Source: Waddliaceae bacterium
GTDB lineage: Bacteria; Chlamydiota; Chlamydiia; Chlamydiales; Waddliaceae
NCBI GenBank assembly: GCA_963724325.1
Contig: CAVRUH010000007.1
Span: 128,001 to 192,000 of the forward strand
Direction of reading: 5' to 3'
DNA: 64,000 bases
Shown here: positions 50,885-59,737 of the stretch, piece by piece
Layout of the letters: each line of letters starts with the position of its first letter
Position numbering within the stretch: the stretch's first letter is position 1
Translations under genes and position numbers: made by a program
The notes under the pieces: model-generated
The model's input: only the letters and a program-made list of their open reading frames with translations
Database searches by the model: none
What the model was told of the DNA's origin: nothing

Positions 50885-51040
50885 AAAAAGGGTCATGAGG
50901 GCTTCCTGACTGCTTTTTTTCTTAATGGTCGGATTATTTATTGAACAGTCTTTTAAACCCCTTTTCGCAGTCGAATTTGTTGATGGAGGGCAATCTCTAA
51001 GTGCGAACCTAGCGTTTGGCTTTTTAAAGTGTAATTATTT

Positions 51041-51253
51041 TATCCCGTAGGGATATTTTTCAATAATAGCCCATGATGTAGCTCCGTTAGGTGCAAATCG
51101 TGGGTACTTGCGAATACTGCCCTAGCCGCGTAGCGGCGATTAAATTTTATGCTATCGCCGCTACGCGGCTAGATATATTTTTTGTCGCACCCATGATTTG
51201 CGCCTAACAGCGCTACATCATGGGCTATTATTGAAAAATATCCCTACGGGATA
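51041..51253. repeat. 213-bp nested palindromic element (REPIN/MITE-like)
   Basis: Terminal arms TATCCCGTAGGGATATTTTTCAATAATAGCCCATGATGTAGC and its exact complement; inner CTAGCCGCGTAGCGGCGAT / ATCGCCGCTACGCGGCTAG. Confidence 0.9.
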
Positions 51254-51308
51254 CAGGAATTATGATCTAAAAGGGTGACAAATTCTGCTTGCTATTGCCC
51301 AAGGAGAG

Positions 51309-52820
51309 TCATTTAGACGTGCTTTTATCATTTATCAAAGCAAGAAAGAAATCAAAAATTTCTTTTTGCTTATGTTGGATCGCCACGAGTGCTAAATTTT
51401 CTATTAGTTCCTCAGAAAGAGAAAAATGCTGGCTGTATAGTTTTAAAATTTCTAAACGCCCACTCTCAACGCATTTATATAAATCCTTTTCAGTGAACTG
51501 ATTTTCATTTTTCAATAAAATCGCTGCAATTTTAATCGCATTATTCTCAATAATTTTTTCTGTCAAGCCAGACATTGAATATTTATTTACAAACTGCTCA
51601 AATAATTCGCTAATATCTTTTTCAATAATCATTTCAACAGCTTTCTGGTCTAACAGGCCAGCTTCAATCAAAAGGGTTGCAGCATCATATTTGTTTGCCT
51701 TGATTGCTGCGTAAAGATCTGTACAATCACCCAATCCCTTCTCTAATAAGTTGTTAAGCACATCTATACGATCATAAAGAATAGCATCCTTCAAATATAA
51801 TTGAGAAGGGAATTGAGCGATTAAAATATCTACAAATTCAGAATTCGAATGTTCTAAGGCGGTACCGAATAATGTCTTACTCGTTTGCGCATTTTTATTT
51901 TCTGGATTTGCTCCATAAGCCAAAAGAGTTTCGAATCCTTCAACATCGTTAGCTTGCATTGCTTGAAACAGTAATGTTCCTTCCTGTGGATTTTTACCAT
52001 AAATTCTGAAAACACGTACGACCTCATCAGATATATTTTCTATTGAAATTGAAGTATTTGACCTAGCTAGTTTATGCGCAATTATCTTTTTTAATACGTC
52101 ATCACTGCCCCAGGCAGCAGCAGTTTCTATGGCATCTACATGTATGCTATTTGGTATTTGAATTTTCATTATAGTTGGATTGGTTGAAGTTTCTGAATAC
52201 GTTTGTGTTAAGTCCACATTTTTTTCTAACAAAATTTCTAAAGGTTCTGAATTTGACGCTAGAATTGCCCAGTATAAAGGTGTCGTCGTTCTTAATTTAA
52301 GTGGAAATCGATTAATTTCCTTTACCCATTCATCTATAGTATAATAAGAATATCCTCCGATTGAAAGTTCTTTAGTCCATGAATCAATATATGGTCCCTC
52401 AAGTTCTTTGCGTCGAATATTGATATCATTCTCTGAAATACTATGCAGAATTTTTATAGCCAAAGCTGGTTGATCTTTCATAAGCGATAATTCTAAAGCA
52501 CTAAACCCGTCCTCAAATCCATAATCATAATGGTAGCATAATCTTATATCACTACTTGGGCAGAATAATACTTTAATCTTTACATCAGGAGTTTTAAGTT
52601 GAACTGTATCACTATAGTTATTCAAAAGCCATTCTGCGGCTTCAAAGTGATTATTAAATAGGGCATAATGAAGTGCTGGCCAATTTCTGTTATTATTCAT
52701 AGAATCGTAAATATTTTGTCCCAATTCTGTAGGGATTTGTTTACTTGTCTCGGCAAACACTGTTACATTCATATTCAAGCAAAAAACTATAAAAATTGAG
52801 AGTAATAATCTATTTATCAT
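51309..52820 (-). CDS. Exported ankyrin repeat protein
   Basis: Signal peptide; WPALHYAL, TPLYWAI, LLAYGANPE. Confidence 0.85.
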   Translation of the reverse strand: MINRLLLSIFIVFCLNMNVTVFAETSKQIPTELGQNIYDSMNNNRNWPALHYALFNNHFEAAEWLLNNYSDTVQLKTPDVKIKVLFCPSSDIRLCYHYDYGFEDGFSALELSLMKDQPALAIKILHSISENDINIRRKELEGPYIDSWTKELSIGGYSYYTIDEWVKEINRFPLKLRTTTPLYWAILASNSEPLEILLEKNVDLTQTYSETSTNPTIMKIQIPNSIHVDAIETAAAWGSDDVLKKIIAHKLARSNTSISIENISDEVVRVFRIYGKNPQEGTLLFQAMQANDVEGFETLLAYGANPENKNAQTSKTLFGTALEHSNSEFVDILIAQFPSQLYLKDAILYDRIDVLNNLLEKGLGDCTDLYAAIKANKYDAATLLIEAGLLDQKAVEMIIEKDISELFEQFVNKYSMSGLTEKIIENNAIKIAAILLKNENQFTEKDLYKCVESGRLEILKLYSQHFSLSEELIENLALVAIQHKQKEIFDFFLALINDKSTSK

Positions 52821-52829
52821 TATAATTCC

Positions 52830-52948
52830 TTATATTAAAGAGTTATTATAACTATGGCTACAAAATCGGATTGGATTCTGATCGGTCTTCATGAGACTTT
52901 CTCATGTTATTTTACACTATTCTATCAAAAAAATGAATTATATGTCAA
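52830..52948 (-). promoter_or_regulatory. Promoter, palindrome and uORF leader cassette, copy B
   Basis: TTGACA-N18-TAGAAT; CATGAGA-AAG-TCTCATG; uORF 52892-52830. Confidence 0.65.
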
Positions 52949-53017
52949 TAAAAAATTATATAATATATGCACTCAATATCATTTAGACATTTCTATTTAA
53001 AATGATAAATAGGAATC

Positions 53018-53074
53018 AGGCCTTGCATCCGGACACTTGAGTAGATCAAACGCCCGAATGCCAAACCCGAGCCC
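53018..53074. repeat. Degenerate copy of the REP-like palindrome
   Basis: AGGCCTTGCATCCGGACACTTGAGTAGATCAAACGCCCGAATGCCAAACCCGAGCCC. Confidence 0.75.
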
Positions 53075-53157
53075 TATTTTTTTATGCCTGATCCCATTTC
53101 TCGAACCCTAATATTCTAATGAAAGGGACTATTAAATCTCTTTCATGGCTCTTTATA

Positions 53158-53322
53158 TTAATGCACAATTACCACTTGGCCACTAAGAGCCAATAATAAA
53201 TATATCACCAATATAAATAATATGATTCCAAAGGGATTATATCCCCAGCCTCGGCTGTATGGCCAGGCTGGAAAGGAACCAAACAACAATAATATTAAGA
53301 GAATTAACAATATGAGTTCCAT
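53158..53322 (-). CDS. DUF3309-like small membrane protein (below the ORF-track cutoff)
   Basis: MELILLILLILLLFGSFPAWPYSRGWGYNPFG..., with a GAGGA RBS. Confidence 0.85.
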   Translation of the reverse strand: MELILLILLILLLFGSFPAWPYSRGWGYNPFGIILFILVIYLLLALSGQVVIVH

Positions 53323-53330
53323 ACTTCCTC

Positions 53331-53573
53331 CTAAATTTCTTTTTCTTCTTCATTTTCTTCATTATCTTCTGTATCAGCAAAAGAATCTTCAAATGTTTTT
53401 AATTCTTTTTCTGCTTTGTCCTTTTCATATCCATATCTCTTTTGCAACTTCCCAAGCAACTGATCTCGTTTACCACTTATTTGTGTAAGGTCATCATCAG
53501 TCAATTTTCCCCATTTTTCTTTCACCTTTCCTACCATTTCATTCCATCTACCTTTAAAAGTTTGCGTATTCAT
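53331..53573 (-). CDS. CsbD/YjbJ family stress protein
   Basis: KGRWNEMVGKVKEKWGKLTDDDL..I.GKRDQL.GKLQ.RYG. Confidence 0.92.
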   Translation of the reverse strand: MNTQTFKGRWNEMVGKVKEKWGKLTDDDLTQISGKRDQLLGKLQKRYGYEKDKAEKELKTFEDSFADTEDNEENEEEKEI

Positions 53574-53606
53574 AGCATACCTCCTGATTAATATTTATTT
53601 AAAAAA

Positions 53607-54245
53607 TCAAGCTGCCATAGCAACTTCTTCTTTTTCTTCTACTTTGTAAGCGATTTTATTTACACCAGTTGTAAATATAGTGCCCTCCGCTATTTTTGTG
53701 AGGGTTTTATCAGCGTTCGCTTCTTCATCCAAAGTTTCTTTTAATAAATCAGAAACTTGTTCCAATCCTAATTGAATTGCATGGGATCTGGCTGTGCCAT
53801 AGCCAGCCATTTCATAATGTTCAACCCTTTGTGCAATTCCTATAATGAATGCATCTCGAAGTTCAGCATCCATTTGCTCATTTAGCAATTCTGAGCCTTC
53901 TTTTAAAATACCTTCCATACCTTTACAGGTTTTTGAAACAGGTTTTTCACCAATAATGGAAAATACTTTTTTTAATCTAATTACTTGATTTTTTGTTTCT
54001 TTCAGATGTGTTTTCAGAGCTTCTTTCAATTTTTCATTTTTTAATGCGTGAATGATAATTGGCAATGCAACGACCATTTGATTTTCTGCACTTAAAAGAT
54101 CAGAGATCTCGTCAGAAAAAAGAGCCTTAAAGTCATTGTGCTTTGAATTGTTTTTTGAGTGATTATTTTTTGGAGAACTATTAGTTTTTTCATTCTTTAA
54201 GGAATTAGATTTAATCTTCTTATGAAAAGCTTTTACCTTTTCCAT
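53607..54245 (-). CDS. DUF892 ferritin-like protein (YciE/YciF)
   Basis: DLLSAENQ, HLKETKNQV.RL, CKGMEGI, QRVEHYEMAGYG; AAGGAGGT RBS. Confidence 0.9.
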   Translation of the reverse strand: MEKVKAFHKKIKSNSLKNEKTNSSPKNNHSKNNSKHNDFKALFSDEISDLLSAENQMVVALPIIIHALKNEKLKEALKTHLKETKNQVIRLKKVFSIIGEKPVSKTCKGMEGILKEGSELLNEQMDAELRDAFIIGIAQRVEHYEMAGYGTARSHAIQLGLEQVSDLLKETLDEEANADKTLTKIAEGTIFTTGVNKIAYKVEEKEEVAMAA

Positions 54246-54484
54246 AATTACCTCCTTCCTTTTTTTATCTATCTTCTTAGGGAGTTTCCTCATTCCTCCC
54301 TAATTCCACAATGCACATTTTCGAATATTTTGTCAAATAATTTTTTATATTTAATTTGTTAAAATACTTATTGTAAGTAACTTAAGTAAAATCATATTAA
54401 ATAATAAGTGAAAAATAATTGATATAAAGTATTAGAAAAAGTATGAGTAAATTATAAGGTAAAAAATTATGCATAGGTGTAGTT

Positions 54485-54994
54485 ATGGCAAAGGTTGCTG
54501 TTATCATTGATGAGGACTTTGAAGATAGTGAATACACAAAGCCTGTAAAAGCTTTAAAAGATGCAGGGCATGAAATTATTCATGTCGGGCTAAAAAAGGG
54601 AAAAAGGCTTGAAGGAAAAAAGGAAGGGACTAAAGTCACTGTAGATATTTCTGTAATGGATGCTTCAGCTAATGATTTTGATGCACTTTTCATTCCTGGG
54701 GGATATTCACCTGATCATGTACGAGTTGATAAAAAGGCTGTAGAATTTACTAAGGAATTCATGGATAAGGACAAACCAGTATTCTCAATATGCCATGGAG
54801 TTCAATTGCTTATTACAGCTCAAGTATTAAAAAATCGGAAAGTTACAGGTTGGAAATCTCTTGAGCAAGATATAAAAAATTCTGGGGCGATATACCAGGA
54901 TAAGGAATTAGTTGAAGATGGTAATCTGATTAGTAGTCGGCAACCGGATGATTTACCTGTATTTTCGAAAGCAATTGTAAAAGCATTAAAATAA
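54485..54994 (+). CDS. PfpI/YhbO (DJ-1) family protein
   Basis: FEDSE, IPGGYSPD, SICHG, SSRQPDDL. Confidence 0.92.
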   Translation: MAKVAVIIDEDFEDSEYTKPVKALKDAGHEIIHVGLKKGKRLEGKKEGTKVTVDISVMDASANDFDALFIPGGYSPDHVRVDKKAVEFTKEFMDKDKPVFSICHGVQLLITAQVLKNRKVTGWKSLEQDIKNSGAIYQDKELVEDGNLISSRQPDDLPVFSKAIVKALK

Positions 54995-55005
54995 AAAGGT
55001 GTTTT

Positions 55006-55158
55006 ATGCTTCGAAAACTTAAGTCAGGTCAGTATCGTTTATATTCTCGAAAAAAAAATCCTAATACTGGCAAAAGGCGTAATCTCGGAACTTTTAGTAC
55101 ACGTGAAGCTGCCTTAAAGCATGAGCGTGAAGTCCAATATTTTAAAAAACATCATTAG
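55006..55158 (+). CDS. Small basic hypothetical protein (50 aa)
   Basis: MLRKLKSGQYRLYSRKKNPNTGKRRNLGTFSTREAALKHEREVQYFKKHH with an AAGGT RBS. Confidence 0.75.
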   Translation: MLRKLKSGQYRLYSRKKNPNTGKRRNLGTFSTREAALKHEREVQYFKKHH

Positions 55159-55235
55159 AATTTCTACATTCATGTTCTAGATCTTTTTTAAATAAAATTG
55201 AATTCTTTTATTTACTCTAGGCGTATACAAAAAAA

Positions 55236-55328
55236 TGATCTTAAGTTTTTAATTTTAAAATAATTATATTAATTTTTATAAAATTTGATCTTAAGTTATT
55301 AAGTTCAAAATAATTATATTTTTTTTAA
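55236..55328. repeat. 50-bp-period tandem repeat upstream of the BON gene
   Basis: TGATCTTAAGTT.TTAA.TT.AAAATAATTATATT at 55236 and 55286. Confidence 0.65.
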
Positions 55329-55403
55329 AAAAAAAATTGATGAAAAATACTGACTAAATGTATAAGAAAAATTGCCTGTAAACAACCAAAAAAGGAGGGT
55401 GAA

Positions 55404-56213
55404 ATGTTACAGTATATTTTAAATTTTGCAGTTGCTTTTGTAAGCATTGCGGGGATTATTCATGCATCTGAAGTTTCAGATCAGGAACTTTCAAGTAAAA
55501 TCCATGATAAGATTGGTTCTGGTTATTTTTCTAAAGGCTATGATCAAGTTACTGTTCAAGTTAAAGATGGTGTTGTTACTTTACAAGGTCAAGTACAAAA
55601 TATTGATGATAAAAACAAATTAGATAAAGAAGTTAGAAATATGAATGGTGTAAAGGAATTAAACAGTGAAGTTACTGTTGTTGAAAAAGGAAAAGACAAT
55701 AGATCCCATGAATTTGCTCAAGATACTTACTTGACATCTGCTGATGAACAATTAAATAATAAAATTAGAGATAAGGTAAGCCGCGGATGGCTCTGGAATA
55801 GTTACAAAAATGTTAAATTAAAAACTTCAAACGGAGTTGTGACTCTTGAAGGTAATGTTAATGATCTGAGTGACCAGCAAAAAATTATGACAGAGATTCA
55901 AAAAGTTGAAGGTGTAAAACAAGTTAAAAGCGACCTGAAAATAAATAATGTTCCTCAAACAAAAAAAGACTTTAAACAAGATACTTTTGCAAGTCAGGCA
56001 GATGAAGCATTAAATAGAAAGATTCGAAATGATGTTAGTCGAGGATGGCTTTGGGATAGTTATAAAGAAGTTGTATTGAATACTTCCAATGGCAATGTGA
56101 CTTTAGAGGGGAATATTGATACTACAGAAGATCAACAGAAACTTATAAATGAAATACAACAAGTTCCTGGAGTGAAATCTGTAACAAGCAATTTGAATAT
56201 TAAAAAACCTTAA
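55404..56213 (+). CDS. OsmY-like exported protein with three BON domains
   Basis: Signal peptide; three repeats of V....G.VTL.G.V/I......K.......GVK...S. Confidence 0.9.
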   Translation: MLQYILNFAVAFVSIAGIIHASEVSDQELSSKIHDKIGSGYFSKGYDQVTVQVKDGVVTLQGQVQNIDDKNKLDKEVRNMNGVKELNSEVTVVEKGKDNRSHEFAQDTYLTSADEQLNNKIRDKVSRGWLWNSYKNVKLKTSNGVVTLEGNVNDLSDQQKIMTEIQKVEGVKQVKSDLKINNVPQTKKDFKQDTFASQADEALNRKIRNDVSRGWLWDSYKEVVLNTSNGNVTLEGNIDTTEDQQKLINEIQQVPGVKSVTSNLNIKKP

Positions 56214-56228
56214 CTATAAGGAGATCCC

Positions 56229-56309
56229 ATGGGAAAATTCCTATTGTTATGGTTATTAGGTGTTCCGTTAAGTGTACTTATTATCCTAAAAATTTTTGGT
56301 ATTATTTAG
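56229..56309 (+). CDS. 26-aa small membrane peptide
   Basis: TAAGGAG RBS; MGKFLLLWLLGVPLSVLIILKIFGII. Confidence 0.7.
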   Translation: MGKFLLLWLLGVPLSVLIILKIFGII

Positions 56310-56317
56310 AACAACTG

Positions 56318-56343
56318 AACGGGTAATATTTATTACCCGTTTT
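56318..56343 (+). terminator. Intrinsic terminator
   Basis: AACGGGTAAT-ATTT-ATTACCCGTT followed by T residues. Confidence 0.7.
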
Positions 56344-56463
56344 ACTTTAAAACTAGGGTATTAAATTAAAAAAGGTTTAATATGAGTTTAGAAGACTTAG
56401 CAAGAAGGCTAACATGCCTTCAGTCAAGGAGAAAAAGCAAAAACAAAAGAAGGGGGTAAAATT

Positions 56464-56664
56464 ATGTTGGGTTTAGCAATTTTATTTTTAATTATAGCTC
56501 TTATTGCAGGTGTACTAGGTTTGCCTGGGGTGGCAGCAATTTCTGTTGAAATTTCCAAAATACTTTTTGTAGTATTTATTATTATTTTCATTGTGACGTT
56601 GATTTTCGGAGTGGGCATATTTAGTCCAACACCAGTGGTAACAACGACGCCTGTGGTGCATTGA
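56464..56664 (+). CDS. DUF1328/UPF0391 (YtjA-like) membrane protein
   Basis: MLGLAILFLIIALIAGVLGL.GVA....EI.KILF. Confidence 0.88.
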   Translation: MLGLAILFLIIALIAGVLGLPGVAAISVEISKILFVVFIIIFIVTLIFGVGIFSPTPVVTTTPVVH

Positions 56665-56886
56665 TTAAGCAGAGGCAGGAGAAATTTTGTCATTTTGTTT
56701 AATTTTGGGTTGGGGACTTTCTGTGAAAATAAGTCCAAGACCTAAAATTAGCAAAATGATAAAAATGATTAAAAAGAGTGTAAATAGGAATCTCGATATT
56801 TCCATTGAAAATATAGCAACACCCCGTAATCCTTTATATCCGATAATTAAAGCGAAAATTAAAAAAATAATTGATAATCCAAGCAT
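56665..56886 (-). CDS. Second DUF1328-like protein, convergent paralog
   Basis: MLGLSIIFLIFALIIG..GL.GVA...MEISRFLF. Confidence 0.7.
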   Translation of the reverse strand: MLGLSIIFLIFALIIGYKGLRGVAIFSMEISRFLFTLFLIIFIILLILGLGLIFTESPQPKIKQNDKISPASA

Positions 56887-56956
56887 AGACACTCTTTTTT
56901 TGCTACTATTACATGAATATAGCTGTTTTGGAATGTTGTCAATAGGATATTTTTAA

Positions 56957-57382
56957 TTAATGATTGCATTTGGACACAGAAGGTTCTATTAGTAAGGACT
57001 GCACTATCTCACCCACATCAGCTAGCGGGCAGGAAAGACGGGTGATGTCAGGATGATGATAGAATGCATTTGTCTGAGGTCCAAGTTCAAAAAGTAAAGG
57101 GTCTTCGCTATGAAGAAAAACTTTTTTTCCCCTTGCGATTGCAAACCCAAGCTCCAGGTGAGTACCGCCGCCTCCAGGAAGGAGAACAACTACAAAATCG
57201 GCATCCGAAACGCCTTGTAGTTCAAGAGCAGCCACTTCTTGAAGGCGTTCTTTGCTAATAGACTTTACACTCCCATGCCAAGTCCAATCATACGAGAGTT
57301 CATGACCGCATATTTTTAAGGAATCTCTTACCACATGATGTGAGGTCGCTCTTGAAAGGGATGTTGCTATATAAAACTTCAT
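56957..57382 (-). CDS. Nucleoside 2-deoxyribosyltransferase-like protein
   Basis: MKFYIATS, YDWT, ADFVVVLLPGG.GTHLELGFAIA.GK. Confidence 0.8.
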   Translation of the reverse strand: MKFYIATSLSRATSHHVVRDSLKICGHELSYDWTWHGSVKSISKERLQEVAALELQGVSDADFVVVLLPGGGGTHLELGFAIARGKKVFLHSEDPLLFELGPQTNAFYHHPDITRLSCPLADVGEIVQSLLIEPSVSKCNH

Positions 57383-57763
57383 AAGATTTTTTGGGGTTTA
57401 TGATTAAAGAACAAAGTCTAACAGTCATTTTGGATTTTGTCGAGTTAAAAGTTAGCTTATTTTTGTTAAATAACAAAAAAAATTGATAGATTTTTTGATC
57501 TTTTTATAGTAAAATTATATGGAAACTAAGTGGGGAGAGGATTGCGATGAATAAAGTAAATATAAAAAATAAAAAGGTCAATCAATTGATTGTTAGTTTT
57601 TCGTCGTCTGTAAAATCAATAAGCTATCTTCAGTTGAAAGAAGCCGATGACCTCCGATCATGGGACCCGGCCAATTTTATGCTTGCATAAAATTCAAGAA
57701 ACGTGTACCATTCTATTAACTTTGCAGAATATTGCCAAAGTGAAACTCATTTAGGAGAATGAA

Positions 57764-57895
57764 ATGAATACAATACAATTTGATTATGGAGCGCGGTTAA
57801 TCCCTGTGCAATCCAATCGTTATCTCAATTCTTTGTCAGCGTCTGTTTCCTCCATTCATCATCTTTCCCATCATCACGAGCATCCAGCTCATTAA
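57764..57895 (+). CDS. His-rich leader peptide (43 aa), candidate attenuator
   Basis: AGGAG RBS; MNTIQFDYGARLIPVQSNRYLNSLSASVSSIHHLSHHHEHPAH, 7 His in the last 12 codons. Confidence 0.72.
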   Translation: MNTIQFDYGARLIPVQSNRYLNSLSASVSSIHHLSHHHEHPAH

Positions 57896-58051
57896 TAGTT
57901 CCCTGTAAATTTTTATTAAAATTCAGGATTAGATTGAGTCATTTAGAGGCTTCCATCTCATTCAGAATCAAAACATATTTTAGATAAATTTATTAACGAT
58001 TCACCTGTTCACTAGTTTATGTGGAAGGTGGAAATAATTTGAGGATTTTTT

Positions 58052-58711
58052 ATGAAACCAAAATCAATTGGCATTATTGGCGGAGCTGGCCCTTTGGCAG
58101 GAGCTTTGTTGCTTGAACGTATACTTATCCTTTCGGGAAGTGAATATGGGTGTTATAAAGATGCAGATTTTCCAGAAGTAATTCTTCTTAGTTTTCCTTT
58201 TTCGGAAATGTTGACTCCTGAAAGAGACGTCTTGCAAATTGCGAAGAGAGCTGAGTGAGTGTTTAAATCGATTACGTAAAAATGGCGCTGCTGTTCTAGC
58301 TATAGCTTGCAATACACTGCACGCATTTTTAGAGGAGAATGAAGATTTGTCAGATCTCATACACCTGCCGCGAGTGGTAGCAGAGGAGATTCCTGCATCA
58401 GAGGTACCATTGGTCCTTTGCACCTCAACATCTGTTCAATTTGGGGTACATAAACAGTTTTTCCCTTGCGTGTATCCAGATTCAAAGACTCAGTTGCAGG
58501 TGGATGGGATCATTGACCGAGTTCTAAAGGGAGAAATCAAATTGTCGATGAGTTGTTGACGATTCTTCGGGCTCAGGAGGCACGTACAGTTGTATTGGGA
58601 TGTACCGAATTATCCCTTTTTACGAAAAGTTTATCTGTAAGTGATCTGATAATCATAGATCCGTTAGAGGTTGCAGCAAAAAAAGTATTAGAAAAAAGTT
58701 TTTTAAAATAA
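58052..58711 (+). pseudogene. Asp/Glu racemase-family amino-acid racemase with two frameshifts (about 58240 and 58540)
   Basis: IGIIGGAGPLAG, IACNTLH and VVLGCTELS...DPLEVAA found in three successive frames. Confidence 0.82.
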
Positions 58712-58723
58712 TAGGAGTTAATT

Positions 58724-59737
58724 GTGTTTTCAATTGTAGAAAAATCAGAAATGTCAACTTTCCCTGCCACAATGCAGGAAGAATTCGTTTCTATTAAGCT
58801 CTTTAAGGAACCGTGTTCTCCAGATATGGTGGTTGAGGAGATAGCAAGCATTAAAGGTCCAGTGGATGTTTATTGCTGGTATGAAGGGGTCTCTGGTCTT
58901 CCGATAGCTGGCGCCAAATTTATGAAGCAGAATATTTTGGAGCCTCTTGCTAAACAAAAGGTAGATGTAAAATTATGTCTTTATTCACTTCGAGGGTGGG
59001 ACTTTAAAGAAGGCATTTCAAACATGCCGGTTTTAACGACTTTGGGAGAGGCGATTAATCGCATCAATACGAAGGTTATTGAGTGTTTTTACTCATCCTC
59101 ATTTTTTCGGTATTGTGCCGATGTGTCAGATAAGGTTGCTCTTTATGAATATTTAAATAAGGAGTTACCCAAAAAGGTGCGACTCATCAAACATTCAGAA
59201 GGTCGAGAGCCATGCGGCATATCGATAGGGAAATTTTTTGAGGAGAGAGTGTCATTATTTGATTGCATCAACGAGATGGATGTCTGTAAATCTTACTCAT
59301 TGATGCAGTACATCGAGGGTTATTACCTGATTCAAGAATCAATTAAGAGGGGATTAGAGCAGGGACGAAGGCAAATTGAAATTGCTTTTGTACTTCCCAA
59401 TGATGAAGGTGAATATTATTTAGAGCTTCCGGATGAGATTGAAAGAATGCTTAAATTGGATTTCGGTGCAAAACTTACAAATATCAAGGTCAACATTACT
59501 TTTAGATTTTTTAAGTACAAAAATAGTCTAAAAGCTAGGCCATATAACGACCAATGGGGACAAAAGGTAGAAGCCGAAGAAATCGGCGCCTTATCTACCA
59601 AAATGCCCTCAAAAATTAATTTAAAAGGAGAATTTAAAGATGAATGTTTCAATTTTTGTTTCTATGCTGTTTATCTTGCAGTTTATTTATTGGGCTGTGG
59701 GAAGACGGTCTTCAAAAAATTTGAGTGGCAAGGATGA
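58724..59737 (+). CDS. Unknown enzyme-like protein; native stop probably near 59624
   Basis: AGGAG RBS; motifs WYEGVSG, YSLRGW, YSLMQYIEG, FVLPNDE..YY, RPY; the called C-terminus overlaps the next gene by 98 nt. Confidence 0.65.
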   Translation: MFSIVEKSEMSTFPATMQEEFVSIKLFKEPCSPDMVVEEIASIKGPVDVYCWYEGVSGLPIAGAKFMKQNILEPLAKQKVDVKLCLYSLRGWDFKEGISNMPVLTTLGEAINRINTKVIECFYSSSFFRYCADVSDKVALYEYLNKELPKKVRLIKHSEGREPCGISIGKFFEERVSLFDCINEMDVCKSYSLMQYIEGYYLIQESIKRGLEQGRRQIEIAFVLPNDEGEYYLELPDEIERMLKLDFGAKLTNIKVNITFRFFKYKNSLKARPYNDQWGQKVEAEEIGALSTKMPSKINLKGEFKDECFNFCFYAVYLAVYLLGCGKTVFKKFEWQG

